IMG/VR virus record: IMGVR_UViG_3300025018_000434
Coordinates: 1-29,555 of that record
Strand: one strand, 5' to 3'
DNA from: a virus
Lineage: Duplodnaviria > Caudoviricetes
DNA length: 29,555 nt
Position numbers and translations under genes: made by a program
Notes under the pieces: generated by a model
The model's database searches: none
What the model was told of the DNA's origin: nothing
Seen by the model: the letters and a program-made list of their open reading frames with translations, nothing else
In this document: in pieces, positions 17,487 through 26,619 of the stretch
Position numbering within the stretch: the stretch's first letter is position 1
How the letters are laid out: each line of letters opens with the position of its first letter

Positions 17487-18407
17487 CTAACCTTTCAAAA
17501 ATCCATAGGCATAAAAATTTGAATCTTGGTTCTTTGTTTCGAGCGTCATCGTTCCGGTGACTGCATAGAAATCAAATGGACCTGTTCTTGCCAAATCTTT
17601 ATCAACATAGGTTTCTTCCAAGTAAGCTACTTTGTGCTTCTCTGGTCGAATTGCCAACACGCGAGATGTAGTATCAGCAGATTGCTGTACATATCGGTGG
17701 TAGTGAGTTTTCAATTTACCAAGACCTGTTTCAAACACATCTACAACGCTAACGATTTCTTTGATATTTGTACCAGTAGAAACAGTGTTAGTTTTGTTCG
17801 TGAAATCATCAGTCTTGTCCTTCAAATATGAACCCATAAAGATGTCAGTTGCAACATCATCATTAGAATTGTCCATATTAGCTTTCATCAAACCTTTCAT
17901 GATACTAGCACTCCATGCTGTTCCAGATGTTTGTGCTGTTACATTAGTTGATTTGCTGATGTGTGCAATCAGACCTGCCATCTTAGCCACTGTTCCAGAA
18001 ACTCCAGAAACTAGAGTTGACCTTACTAAATCGAATTCGGCGCTATTTCCAAACTCTTGCATCTTTTTCTTAGTTTGGCGAGTTAGTTCGTTCTCTCCGT
18101 GATAATGGTCAATAACTTGCTGAGTTCGGGAAACCTTGAAAGGTTTAGCGATAACTTCGCAAACATTAGCCAAACGGCTTGGAGTTGTCAATGCGTCTAC
18201 AGTGTAGTCAGCGGCTTCTGCTACTGCAGCACTTCCTGCTGTTGCAAGTGTGTCTAACAATGTTGAATGAACTGTGTCAATTGCTTTGGTCTTTCCAATC
18301 ATTTTCATGATTGAATTTTCAGTTGCGGTAAGGATTTCTACCAAACCCACAACTGATTCTCTTTTGCTTACGTCCCCGTAAGAACGCAATATACCGTCAT
18401 CTGCCAT
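17487..18407 (-). CDS. Major capsid protein (SU10/DUF5309-like)
   Basis: 306 aa: RESV..L...T....N.CEVI.K...VSRTQ...E.DL......MAGL...I...FG/LG.L....HRY...LA RTG......V.G.MTLE.KN. Follows the scaffold gene. Confidence 0.85.
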   Translation of the reverse strand: MADDGILRSYGDVSKRESVVGLVEILTATENSIMKMIGKTKAIDTVHSTLLDTLATAGSAAVAEAADYTVDALTTPSRLANVCEVIAKPFKVSRTQQVIDHYHGENELTRQTKKKMQEFGNSAEFDLVRSTLVSGVSGTVAKMAGLIAHISKSTNVTAQTSGTAWSASIMKGLMKANMDNSNDDVATDIFMGSYLKDKTDDFTNKTNTVSTGTNIKEIVSVVDVFETGLGKLKTHYHRYVQQSADTTSRVLAIRPEKHKVAYLEETYVDKDLARTGPFDFYAVTGTMTLETKNQDSNFYAYGFLKG

Positions 18408-18419
18408 TTTTTTGTTGTC

Positions 18420-19028
18420 CTACTTCTTCCACACCAATTCATTAATCAAGGCATCTTGTGCTGATTCGTCTCCTCCTCTAGCTCTGTCTGCCAAGTTTGT
18501 AATTTGTTGTGGCTGAATAGGATTAATTCTATTCTTATTAATTACATTCTTTTGGCTTGATTCAACTAGGTTGGCAAATTTGGTATTCCATGCCTCGCTC
18601 AGGCTTAGTCCATGTTTTTCGGCGTAAGCTTCAACAAGATCTAAATGCTCTTTTGCGGTGGGCTGTTCCAAGAGGAAATCTTTGATTGTACCGGATTTTT
18701 TCATTTCAGCGATTTCTTTTTCAAGTTCGCTTACTTTGTCTGGTGTTTCCTTTTTTACCTTGCGGTCTTTTGCAAGGTCTTGGTCGCCTACGAGTTTTTT
18801 TAAGTTCTCGTAGTGCTTGATGTAATCCTCTTTGCTTTCAAACTTTCTACCTGAGATGTTATTAAGCTCCTCAAGCGTTAAGTTTGCAACTTCGCTTTTG
18901 CCTAAAACATCCTTAGCACCTGCTCCTAAATCTTCTGGCTTATCCTCTGTTTTGGTTTCCACCTCATCAGAAAATATGTCGTCCAACTCAGTTGCGTCGG
19001 TAGCCTCTGGGTTTGTTTCATCGGTCAT
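18420..19028 (-). CDS. Capsid scaffolding protein
   Basis: Acidic N-terminus, KHYENLKKLVG, coiled coil; directly upstream of the MCP. Confidence 0.7.
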   Translation of the reverse strand: MTDETNPEATDATELDDIFSDEVETKTEDKPEDLGAGAKDVLGKSEVANLTLEELNNISGRKFESKEDYIKHYENLKKLVGDQDLAKDRKVKKETPDKVSELEKEIAEMKKSGTIKDFLLEQPTAKEHLDLVEAYAEKHGLSLSEAWNTKFANLVESSQKNVINKNRINPIQPQQITNLADRARGGDESAQDALINELVWKK

Positions 19029-19055
19029 ATTTTTTTGTTAATAATTATTAAATAT

Positions 19056-19090
19056 GCTTTTTAAGTGGCTACGCATAACCACCTATAAGC
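19056..19090 (-). promoter_or_regulatory. Hairpin in the scaffold gene leader
   Basis: GCTT-AT-AGGTGGTTA-TGCG-TAGCCACTT-AAA-AAGC on the minus strand, with G-U pairs. Confidence 0.5.
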
Positions 19091-19329
19091 TATTCAACTG
19101 TTCTAAATAATCCATCATCCTCTTCGGGTTTCGGTAGGTCTTCGGTCGTCACTGCCCATAACTCAGTCAGCCATTCGCTGATAATCTTAATAGCATACTT
19201 CCTACCTCGCATTTCCTGCAAGGTTTCCACTCCGTGGACTGTATCAATGCTTTTAATCTTCTCTGCCAATAGTTGCAATGAAGCTTTATTGTTCTCTACA
19301 AATTCCTTAAATTCTCTTATTTTATCCAT
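19090..19329 (-). CDS. Small protein between portal and scaffold
   Basis: 79 aa helical ORF, 2 nt after the portal stop. Confidence 0.7.
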   Translation of the reverse strand: MDKIREFKEFVENNKASLQLLAEKIKSIDTVHGVETLQEMRGRKYAIKIISEWLTELWAVTTEDLPKPEEDDGLFRTVE

Positions 19330-19331
19330 AA

Positions 19332-21122
19332 TTACTGAGGCATTGATTGACTTATCATTTGAGCTGGGCTACCTGCTCCCTCGTCTCCTGCTTGGGCTGG
19401 CATTGGTAATCCTTGTTGGGGCATATCTTGAATTAACTGTTCTCCGTTTAATCCTAATGTGTCATAAAGTTCTTTCAAAGTATTTCTAATTGGAAGTCCT
19501 GCACCTGCCAACATTCCCATTGTGTCTTGCAACATCTTCGCCATTACTGAGCGATTGATGCTTTCATCGGTCATAACTATTTCTATATCAAACTCGGTGT
19601 CAAACAGCTCATCAATAATCGGTATGTATCTATCTCCTCCCAGCTCCTTCTTCATCGCCTCTACTGTTTGGTCAGTCATCATCTCCGGGGTCATTCCGCT
19701 TTGTGCGAGTTGCTCAAGTTCAAATGGTGCCATTCCTTGCAATTGCGTGTTGACTGCATTTTTAGCAAATTCTATATCAAGTTTTTCAATAATATCCGGG
19801 TCGCCTGTTATTCGTTCGATACTTCCTTTGTTAGCTTTGAGTTCCTTTTTAATAATAGGAAGCATTTTAAACTTGATAAACTGTCCGAGTTCCAACATCA
19901 ATTCCTCAATCCTAAGGTTATACCCCTTACCTGCTCCTCGTTCTTCAATCAAAGCGTTAGTAGCTGGACGATTGCCTGCCACTTCATCTTCGTTGGTTGT
20001 TCCAGTTACTCTATTGCCCCACATATAGGCTTGCTCTTCGTCCTTATAAGAACTTGGGTCGATTACGCCAGTGTCTAACGGGTTAATATCAGAGTTAGCG
20101 TCGAGCTTGATTCCTCCTGTAGTGAAAAGTCTTTTAAACTGTTGCGGGGTTACATTGCCTGTCATTTTAAACAATCCTAACTGAACTATTCTCGCTTTGT
20201 TCATTCGGTAGTTTACAACCTCGTTAACATAGGCTTGAATGTTAAAAAGCATTTCGGGGATACCTCGCCCATTTAACCTATTAGGCACAACTTTTAATCG
20301 TCCGATTCCAAAAGGATGTTCGTCAGTTTCTTCCACTGAATGGACTACAGGTTTACCATTAAGACCTGAAACTATAGCCTTAGCATAAAAGTACTTATTC
20401 TTATCCTCCTCCTTGCCAGTCTTTACAAATAAAGGAAGATAACCGCAACGAGTAAAAACTTCCACATAGGGAATTTCGCTCACGCTTGAACCGACTGAAC
20501 TTACATCAATAGCAGTCTTGTCTACGGTGTTACTTCCTGTTACGTATTCACTGTTTTCTAATCCTAATTCATCAAATTCATATTTATTTAAAACAGCTCT
20601 CTCAGTTATGCCGGTGCTGTCGTCTAGTTTCTCCACGCTGGGGTCAGCGATGATATTTAAGGCATCCACATTGCCAACGGCTAACTTTCCTTTAACTTCA
20701 TAAGCCTTTAAATAATTAGTTCCATCAATAGCAATTCTATCTAACCAGATATTAAGTATTGAGCCAAAATTTATGTCGTTTAGTTTCTTATGAAGCACTT
20801 GTCTGAAGACTTGGGCTTTTAGATGTCCCGTGGCGTTAGTAGCTTTTACTCCGATATCCTTAGTATCAACATCTATGTTTTTTCTAAATCCTCCCACCGC
20901 CCATTCAGTAAAAGGAATAAATATTTTCTCTCGTCCAGTCACTGGGTCTTTTGGTTCGTTGAAAATCCCGAAGTAATTCTTCCTTGCCTTTTTGATGACA
21001 TTCTTCATCACATACTGAACCTTGTCAGTCACCCAAACTAAGCCCTCTTCCCATTGAGCTTTTTCGGATTGCATTATTCTAATGACTTCTGATTCTTCTG
21101 GTGTTGGTGTGTAATCTTGCAT
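19332..21122 (-). CDS. Portal protein
   Basis: 596 aa directly after TerL; GRGIPEML..IQ..VN...N.R pattern and a Q/M/P-rich tail, like P22/SU10-type portals. Confidence 0.82.
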   Translation of the reverse strand: MQDYTPTPEESEVIRIMQSEKAQWEEGLVWVTDKVQYVMKNVIKKARKNYFGIFNEPKDPVTGREKIFIPFTEWAVGGFRKNIDVDTKDIGVKATNATGHLKAQVFRQVLHKKLNDINFGSILNIWLDRIAIDGTNYLKAYEVKGKLAVGNVDALNIIADPSVEKLDDSTGITERAVLNKYEFDELGLENSEYVTGSNTVDKTAIDVSSVGSSVSEIPYVEVFTRCGYLPLFVKTGKEEDKNKYFYAKAIVSGLNGKPVVHSVEETDEHPFGIGRLKVVPNRLNGRGIPEMLFNIQAYVNEVVNYRMNKARIVQLGLFKMTGNVTPQQFKRLFTTGGIKLDANSDINPLDTGVIDPSSYKDEEQAYMWGNRVTGTTNEDEVAGNRPATNALIEERGAGKGYNLRIEELMLELGQFIKFKMLPIIKKELKANKGSIERITGDPDIIEKLDIEFAKNAVNTQLQGMAPFELEQLAQSGMTPEMMTDQTVEAMKKELGGDRYIPIIDELFDTEFDIEIVMTDESINRSVMAKMLQDTMGMLAGAGLPIRNTLKELYDTLGLNGEQLIQDMPQQGLPMPAQAGDEGAGSPAQMISQSMPQ

Positions 21123-21132
21123 TTATTTGTTT

Positions 21133-22548
21133 TTAATACTCAGTAGCTAATTCTTCAAAATTATCGTCTGTGACTCGTTGCTGATATTCGCTTAATTGTG
21201 TGTGATACGCTGTAGCGTCCAAAACATCGTCATGCGTTCCTTTTGGGAAATTTATCATTTCCTCCTCTAAATCTTGGCACTGTCCTTTAATGTGGAACAC
21301 TGAATGGCTTTCGTATCGTGGAAGCAATGCTCTTATTCTAGTTTCTTTCTGAACTCCATTATGCTTTAGTTCTACTATATTTAAAAACTTATTTCTTTTT
21401 CTCATTTCCTCGTCCAGAAACGGTTTTATTACATCTGAATATATTGTTTTTTCTATTCCAATAACTTCTAGCCTGAAAGTGTCCCAGAGCGTGAACAAAG
21501 AATCTATCAACTCTAGAGGACTAATCTTTTGCTTCCACGCTTTAATGTTCCACTTGTTTTCATTATCTACACAATTTAAACTGAATCCTGTGTTGTCGGC
21601 ACTCGCTTTTTGGCTTATAGCAGTGTCTATCGTTAAAGAATTTCTAGTAGAGAGACCTGATACCTCTTCCATTGTTCGGTACTGCCAGAAGTCCTGCTTG
21701 AACTCCTGTGTTTCGCTTGATACTGGCTCCTGTTGATAAAGTGCGCTCCAATCATACACGCCCACTGTATTCTTAATCTGCTCTAATGCTGGTAGGTCAT
21801 ATTTATCTTCCCATAATGGATCGCCTTGTTTTCTGAATAACTCGTCGTGAGTAGCAATTGCTGGGAACTTTACTACCTCCCATTTATCCCCCCCGTTTTC
21901 TTGAGCCTCTAGCAATCTTCCAGCTAAGTCATCCTTGTGCCATCTAGTAAGTATTAGAATAACTGCTCCGCCTTTTTCCAAACGAGTATAAGCGGTAGAA
22001 GTGTACCAACTCCATACTTTTTCTCTGATTGTTAAACTCTCTGCTTCTTCTCTATTTTTAATTGGGTCATCAATAATCAAAAGATCTGCTCCTCTTCCAG
22101 TAATAGCTCCACCGACACCAACTGCCGTATATCCTCCGCCCTCATTAGTCAGCCATTTAGCTTTACTTTTACTGTCGTCTCTTAATTTAGTCTTAAAAAG
22201 TTCTTGGTATTCTTGAGTATTTACTAAATTTCTTGTCTTATATCCAAAATCCTGTGCCAAATCTGCTGAATAACTAGCGGTAATGATTTCTTTTTCCGGG
22301 TGTCTTCCTAAATAATGAGCCGGAAACATTATACTTCCTAATTCACTTTTACCATGTCTTGGAGGAACAAACAGCATCAGTCTTTTTACCTCTCCGCTTT
22401 CTACTCTCTCCAATTGTCGGGCTATTTCTCTATGCAACCAACTCGCATCATATTTTTTAACAAATCCGCAAAATGGTATTAGCTCATTTTGTGCTATCAC
22501 TCGGATCGCTTCCTTTTCTTCCACTGATAATTGTTTTTGCTCGCTCAT
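21133..22548 (-). CDS. terL: Terminase large subunit
   Basis: Walker A PPRHGKS, ITGRGADLLIIDDPIK, TRWHKDDL, ALYQQEP, IDTA, FPKGTHDDVLDA. Confidence 0.96.
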   Translation of the reverse strand: MSEQKQLSVEEKEAIRVIAQNELIPFCGFVKKYDASWLHREIARQLERVESGEVKRLMLFVPPRHGKSELGSIMFPAHYLGRHPEKEIITASYSADLAQDFGYKTRNLVNTQEYQELFKTKLRDDSKSKAKWLTNEGGGYTAVGVGGAITGRGADLLIIDDPIKNREEAESLTIREKVWSWYTSTAYTRLEKGGAVILILTRWHKDDLAGRLLEAQENGGDKWEVVKFPAIATHDELFRKQGDPLWEDKYDLPALEQIKNTVGVYDWSALYQQEPVSSETQEFKQDFWQYRTMEEVSGLSTRNSLTIDTAISQKASADNTGFSLNCVDNENKWNIKAWKQKISPLELIDSLFTLWDTFRLEVIGIEKTIYSDVIKPFLDEEMRKRNKFLNIVELKHNGVQKETRIRALLPRYESHSVFHIKGQCQDLEEEMINFPKGTHDDVLDATAYHTQLSEYQQRVTDDNFEELATEY

Positions 22549-22876
22549 AACTCATTTGAGTATTATCTTCCACTATTACCTCTTGTTTCTCTACTGGCTT
22601 ATATCCGGCTCTATCCATGATATCTTTACTCGCACTTAAAGCTACCGGTAAATTTTCATCTTGCTTGGAAAGTTCTACTATCCTAATCGCCGCAGCTTCT
22701 GCGTTATTTTCTAGGTATTCTTTGATTTTAGGTTTATTTAGGTTTTCACTACCAATGTTTGCTGCTGTCATATAACTTTCTGTGTTATAAGCATTTAACG
22801 CCGACTGGGTTCTATTCCCTGTCTCTAGGTACTCATCCGCAAACTCTTTTTGTTTTTTTGTTAGCCCTTCTGCCAT
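22484..22876 (-). CDS. terS: Terminase small subunit
   Basis: LTKKQKEFADEYLETGNRTQSAL.AY...AANIGSENLNKPKIKEY; overlaps terL. Confidence 0.9.
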   Translation of the reverse strand: MAEGLTKKQKEFADEYLETGNRTQSALNAYNTESYMTAANIGSENLNKPKIKEYLENNAEAAAIRIVELSKQDENLPVALSASKDIMDRAGYKPVEKQEVIVEDNTQMSYERAKTIISGRKGSDPSDSTK

Positions 22877-22912
22877 TTCTTAATTTCTTTAATGTTTTTA
22901 ATAATCTTCGTC

Positions 22913-23086
22913 TTATTCGCCTCGGTCTATTGTAAAACCTATACAGCTAGTTAATTCGTTTTCGCTTTCATCTTCTGCCGTATCAATCGAATGAAATTTA
23001 TACTTAGCTTTATTTTCTTTTTTTATAGCCTCAGAAATATTTTTAGCGATTACTTCTTTCCTTTGCCAAAATACGAACTTTGCCAT
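22913..23086 (-). CDS. Hypothetical protein (57 aa)
   Basis: Manual translation MAKFVFWQRKEVIAKNISEAIKKENK...CIGFTIDRGE, with an A-rich upstream region. Confidence 0.5.
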   Translation of the reverse strand: MAKFVFWQRKEVIAKNISEAIKKENKAKYKFHSIDTAEDESENELTSCIGFTIDRGE

Positions 23087-23335
23087 AGTTTTTTCTTAGT
23101 TTTCGTAATGCTGATAATATTTTTAATAAATTTAACTGTGCTGTAGTTATTTTCATATAACAAAAAATACGATAACAGATTTCTTTCCTTAAGCACCACT
23201 TTTTGTTTTAACAATCCTTATTTTCAAGTCTTTTTTTTGTTTTGTCTTCTTTTGCATTCCCGTTTATCGTCGAGATTTAGAGTATGACTCCTCCGCAATT
23301 TAGAAGAAATATGACTAAGACTTATCTATGTTATA

Positions 23336-23364
23336 ATTATAATCCTTTTTTCAGTCTTTGTCAA
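23336..23364 (-). promoter_or_regulatory. Consensus sigma70 promoter upstream of the packaging/structural operon
   Basis: TTGACA-17 bp-TATAAT, perfect consensus. Confidence 0.8.
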
Positions 23365-23381
23365 CAGTTAATATTTTTTCC

Positions 23382-23774
23382 TTATTCGTATTTTTTTATT
23401 TCAACATCACATCTGGGATTTTCTTTGTCTATTCCGCCAGTTTCAAAAGTATGCTTTAATATATAATCGTCTGAGTCGTCTGGTAAGCACTCGTAATGTG
23501 TCAAAGCGTCACAGAAAAATTTGTCTAAAACTGCTAAAGCATTCATACGGTCAGATTTGCGATTTGAGCCTTTCCAAAGTGTGTAGTGTAGTTCTATGGG
23601 GTATTTTAGTTTTAAACCGCTCAGCGTGGCTTGTAGTGCCTCACAGAAGGTATCCTTAGCCATATGATAGGTGCGATAATGCCAGTGCGGGTAGTTATTT
23701 AGATTTAAGATGATTTTTTTATCTGCTTTAGTCTTTCTTGGCAATATCACAAATAGCGGTAAACTTATTTTCAT
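23382..23774 (-). CDS. rusA: RusA-like Holliday junction resolvase
   Basis: RKSDRMN...DKFFCDAL....LPDDSD...DKENPRCDVEI. Confidence 0.75.
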   Translation of the reverse strand: MKISLPLFVILPRKTKADKKIILNLNNYPHWHYRTYHMAKDTFCEALQATLSGLKLKYPIELHYTLWKGSNRKSDRMNALAVLDKFFCDALTHYECLPDDSDDYILKHTFETGGIDKENPRCDVEIKKYE

Positions 23775-24118
23775 TTTGTTTTTATTTTTGCTTGATTTAA
23801 AATCATTTCTAACTCCTTGCGTCTATCCCCGTGGTATCTACTTAGCGCTTGCTCTTTGAGCTTGTAGTCTATCTGTCGCTTTATCGCGATTTCCCTATCA
23901 GTTCCAGCGTGATGGATTATCCGATGACAGTTAAAACAAATATTGCATAAATTCCAGCTAAGGTCTTTGTCTTTACCGAAGTATTTTGATTTGGCGTTGA
24001 TGTGGTGCAGTGGGAAATCGCCGAATAATCCACAAGCCTCACATCGCCCTTTTGATCGTTTCAAGACTTCAATGGTGGTTTTTAGCGTGAGTTGGGGAGT
24101 CTTTTTTGTTTTAGCCAT
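23771..24118 (-). CDS. HNH endonuclease
   Basis: RSKGRCEACG...LHHI...NLCNICFNCHRIIH. Confidence 0.85.
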   Translation of the reverse strand: MAKTKKTPQLTLKTTIEVLKRSKGRCEACGLFGDFPLHHINAKSKYFGKDKDLSWNLCNICFNCHRIIHHAGTDREIAIKRQIDYKLKEQALSRYHGDRRKELEMILNQAKIKTK

Positions 24119-24124
24119 TTATTT

Positions 24125-24640
24125 TTAGATTAAATTTATATCGCTTTCTACTTCATTACCCCAAACATCAAATCCGTTTCCACTTTCTCTTGCGAACATT
24201 TCAAGTTTTGTTGCTTCTGGAAATTGTCGGCTTATTAGTTCTCTGAAATACTGTGGTTTTTTACTATGCTTTGATTTCTTTTCCCAATAAACTGAACTTT
24301 CTCGAAGTGTCGGGATTGGTGGGCTGAATTTGCCCTTAACCCCCACCAATAAAATTTCGTGCTGTCCTCTAAACCAATATCCCATCCCTACCCAAGTTTT
24401 GTCCCAGACTGCTTGTGTTTTATAAGCAAATCCCCACGCTTTCATAACCTCTAATGCTTCCAATAATTTTGGAGCTGTAGCCCATAAATACAATACAGCA
24501 TTATCTTCTGCTGGAATTTGTATTTTGCAAATATCAGCATTTGTCATTGTTGGATAGTGATTTTCTATCTTATCAGCGTTGTCTTTTGAGAAGTCATATC
24601 TCCAAGGCGGGTCTGCATAAATTATCTGATATTTCTTCAT
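24125..24640 (-). CDS. MT-A70 family adenine methyltransferase
   Basis: IIYADPPW, HYPTM, LYLWAT, AWGF.YK...W.K, HE.LLVG.KG, HSKKP, LEMFAR, WGNE. Confidence 0.93.
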   Translation of the reverse strand: MKKYQIIYADPPWRYDFSKDNADKIENHYPTMTNADICKIQIPAEDNAVLYLWATAPKLLEALEVMKAWGFAYKTQAVWDKTWVGMGYWFRGQHEILLVGVKGKFSPPIPTLRESSVYWEKKSKHSKKPQYFRELISRQFPEATKLEMFARESGNGFDVWGNEVESDINLI

Positions 24641-24751
24641 TTGTTTTTATTTGCCCTGTGGGCGTTTTTAGATTGATTAGTGGCGCAATGTATCATCTGG
24701 TCTGTTAGGGGGCTTGTAGGGCATCCTGTGAGGTCTAGGGGGCATTCCTTG

Positions 24752-24925
24752 CTAAACCTTCTGGATGATTTTATACAATTGCTTAGCTTTTAGTTTTTGC
24801 AGGTCTGACTTCTTCCAGTCGTGGCGTTTTAGAAGATAGTTTATTTTCTGCCCCTTAGTTTTTACTTCTTCGGCGTCTAGTCCTTGGCTACGGCGGTATT
24901 CTTGATAGGCTTGAAGGTCGTTCAT
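24752..24925 (-). CDS. Hypothetical protein (57 aa)
   Basis: MNDLQAYQEYRRSQGLDAEEVKTKGQKINYLLKRHDW...; ATGA overlap with the upstream small ORF. Confidence 0.55.
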   Translation of the reverse strand: MNDLQAYQEYRRSQGLDAEEVKTKGQKINYLLKRHDWKKSDLQKLKAKQLYKIIQKV

Positions 24926-25044
24926 TTGATGTATGTCTCAAGCAAGGCTATTAACCTATTGAGAATTTTAATTTGATAATCGTTTTCAGCGTTGTCTTTT
25001 TTGTGCTGTAACTGGTCGAGTAATGTTGAGATAAATTTATCCAT
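24922..25044 (-). CDS. Hypothetical protein (40 aa)
   Basis: MDKFISTLLDQLQHKKDNAENDYQIKILNRLIALLETYIK, starting 2 nt after the helicase stop. Confidence 0.5.
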   Translation of the reverse strand: MDKFISTLLDQLQHKKDNAENDYQIKILNRLIALLETYIK

Positions 25045-25046
25045 AA

Positions 25047-26615
25047 TTATATATCTAAATTATTAATTTCTGTGTAGCCTAATGCTTTTGCATAAACCAA
25101 TAGGTCACTGCCGACTTCTTGAATTTTACCTTTTGTATATTCCATCTCTACCTTTTTTCTTACTCCTGATTCTCGGTTCTTATCCAGATAGACAAAAGAT
25201 TTATTGCTGTAATTCTCATCGCTGTCTGATTCACGGTCGATGATTATTCCAAAATTGCACAACCTTTCTACTGCGGAAGTTCCAGCTATGTCATACAGAA
25301 AAGGTCTTTTTACTTTTCCGCCCATTGCTTGTGGTTTTCTGACATGGGCGATTAAGATTAAAATTATCTGATACTGCAAAGCCATCTTAGAAAGTTCTGA
25401 GACAATCGAGTGGAGAAAAGCTTGTTGATTTTGAGAATAGTTTTGTTGCTTGTCGCTTCGTGTCTCTAAAAAGTCTAGGTTATCAATCACAATCATTTTA
25501 ATCCCTGACTTTACCGCCTCGACTATATAATTTTCTAGCCAGTTGACATTTCCTAGCATTGGTATGTTCTTTTCAATCTCGATGCTAGAAATCATTGAAT
25601 TGTCTGCTCCGAGTTTATTAAATATGCGCTTCAATTTTTTTAACTTCATTTCGTAACTAAACCACAATGACTTTATCCCCTGCTTTTGAACAGCTTGCGT
25701 GAGTTGGCAAGCGAGCAAGGTTTTTCCATTCCCTGGTCTGCCAGCGATTGCAATCATTTCGCCTAGTGCCATTCCTCCCTGCATGTCCGTATTAAAATAA
25801 TCTTCGTCACGCATTGCTTCGTCCAGCGCTCTAATACCTGTTGAGTATCTTTGCTCTTCTGACAAGTCTTCTGAAATTTGGTCAAGCGAAACTATCCTGT
25901 ATTTTTTGGCGTCTTCTGGGTCTTGCCCTGTTTTTTTGTATTTTACAACTTGCTTGTATAAAATTTCCAGTTCTTCAGTGTTGAGTTCCCCTTTGGTGAA
26001 ATCCCTGTTAGCCTTAACCATTCTGCTCCATACTTCCTTGGTGTCGTAATGGTCAACCCAACCGCAAGCCATTCTAAACAAGTCATCATTCCGAGTAGTG
26101 CTTGTCACAAGGTCTATCTTTTTTTTCCCTTGTGATCTGGATTTTAAAAGTTCCATTCCTGCTGGTGTTAGTTCTTCCATTTTTCTCTCACCCCACGGTG
26201 TATAGTTTGGAGTTGGTGGGCAGAAAATAAGTCCTCCGTCATTTCGGCAATCTACACCCTCACCAAAAGCTCCCGCCTTTGTGTAGAATGTATCGTCTGT
26301 GATGTAGCGATAGTAAAAATGAAAACCTTTCTCGGTTTCAATCACCTTGGTTGGAGACTTTTCAAATAGTTCCATAATCATGTCGTTGTCCTTGGTGTCA
26401 AAGTCAATCACAGTTATTCCGTTTATTTTTCCAGTTACCAAAGCTAGGGCGGCATTAGGTTTTTCAAAGTGCTTTTTGATTTGATCATCATTCTTCGGTT
26501 TAGCCTCTTGCCACTTTTCTAGGAAGGTACACTTTTTTTGACCATCTACCCGTTTAAATGTTCCGTCTGGGTTACGGTCTATGGTTACTAGCACAGTTGT
26601 TAGTTTTTCCCACAT
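25047..26615 (-). CDS. Prim-Pol (AEP) primase fused to a DnaB-like SF4 helicase
   Basis: N-terminus: ALVTG...VIDFD...TEKGFHFYY...VDCRNDGGLIFCPPT. C-terminus: GRPGNGKT, FSYEM, IVIDNLD, IAHVRK, DIAGTSAVER, LDKNRESG. Confidence 0.9.
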   Translation of the reverse strand: MWEKLTTVLVTIDRNPDGTFKRVDGQKKCTFLEKWQEAKPKNDDQIKKHFEKPNAALALVTGKINGITVIDFDTKDNDMIMELFEKSPTKVIETEKGFHFYYRYITDDTFYTKAGAFGEGVDCRNDGGLIFCPPTPNYTPWGERKMEELTPAGMELLKSRSQGKKKIDLVTSTTRNDDLFRMACGWVDHYDTKEVWSRMVKANRDFTKGELNTEELEILYKQVVKYKKTGQDPEDAKKYRIVSLDQISEDLSEEQRYSTGIRALDEAMRDEDYFNTDMQGGMALGEMIAIAGRPGNGKTLLACQLTQAVQKQGIKSLWFSYEMKLKKLKRIFNKLGADNSMISSIEIEKNIPMLGNVNWLENYIVEAVKSGIKMIVIDNLDFLETRSDKQQNYSQNQQAFLHSIVSELSKMALQYQIILILIAHVRKPQAMGGKVKRPFLYDIAGTSAVERLCNFGIIIDRESDSDENYSNKSFVYLDKNRESGVRKKVEMEYTKGKIQEVGSDLLVYAKALGYTEINNLDI

Positions 26616-26619
26616 TTTT

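Noticed and set aside
568-22216. Many plus-strand ORFs in the track (e.g. 568-900, 1492-1947, 8460-8816, 17761-18102, 19522-20028)
   Set aside because: They are antisense shadows of well-supported minus-strand genes, with S/F/L-rich composition and no motifs. Only 3590-3784 is kept.
24700-24746. Short GCCCC(C)TA repeats (minus strand) upstream of the methyltransferase
   Set aside because: Three short irregular copies with no supportable function.
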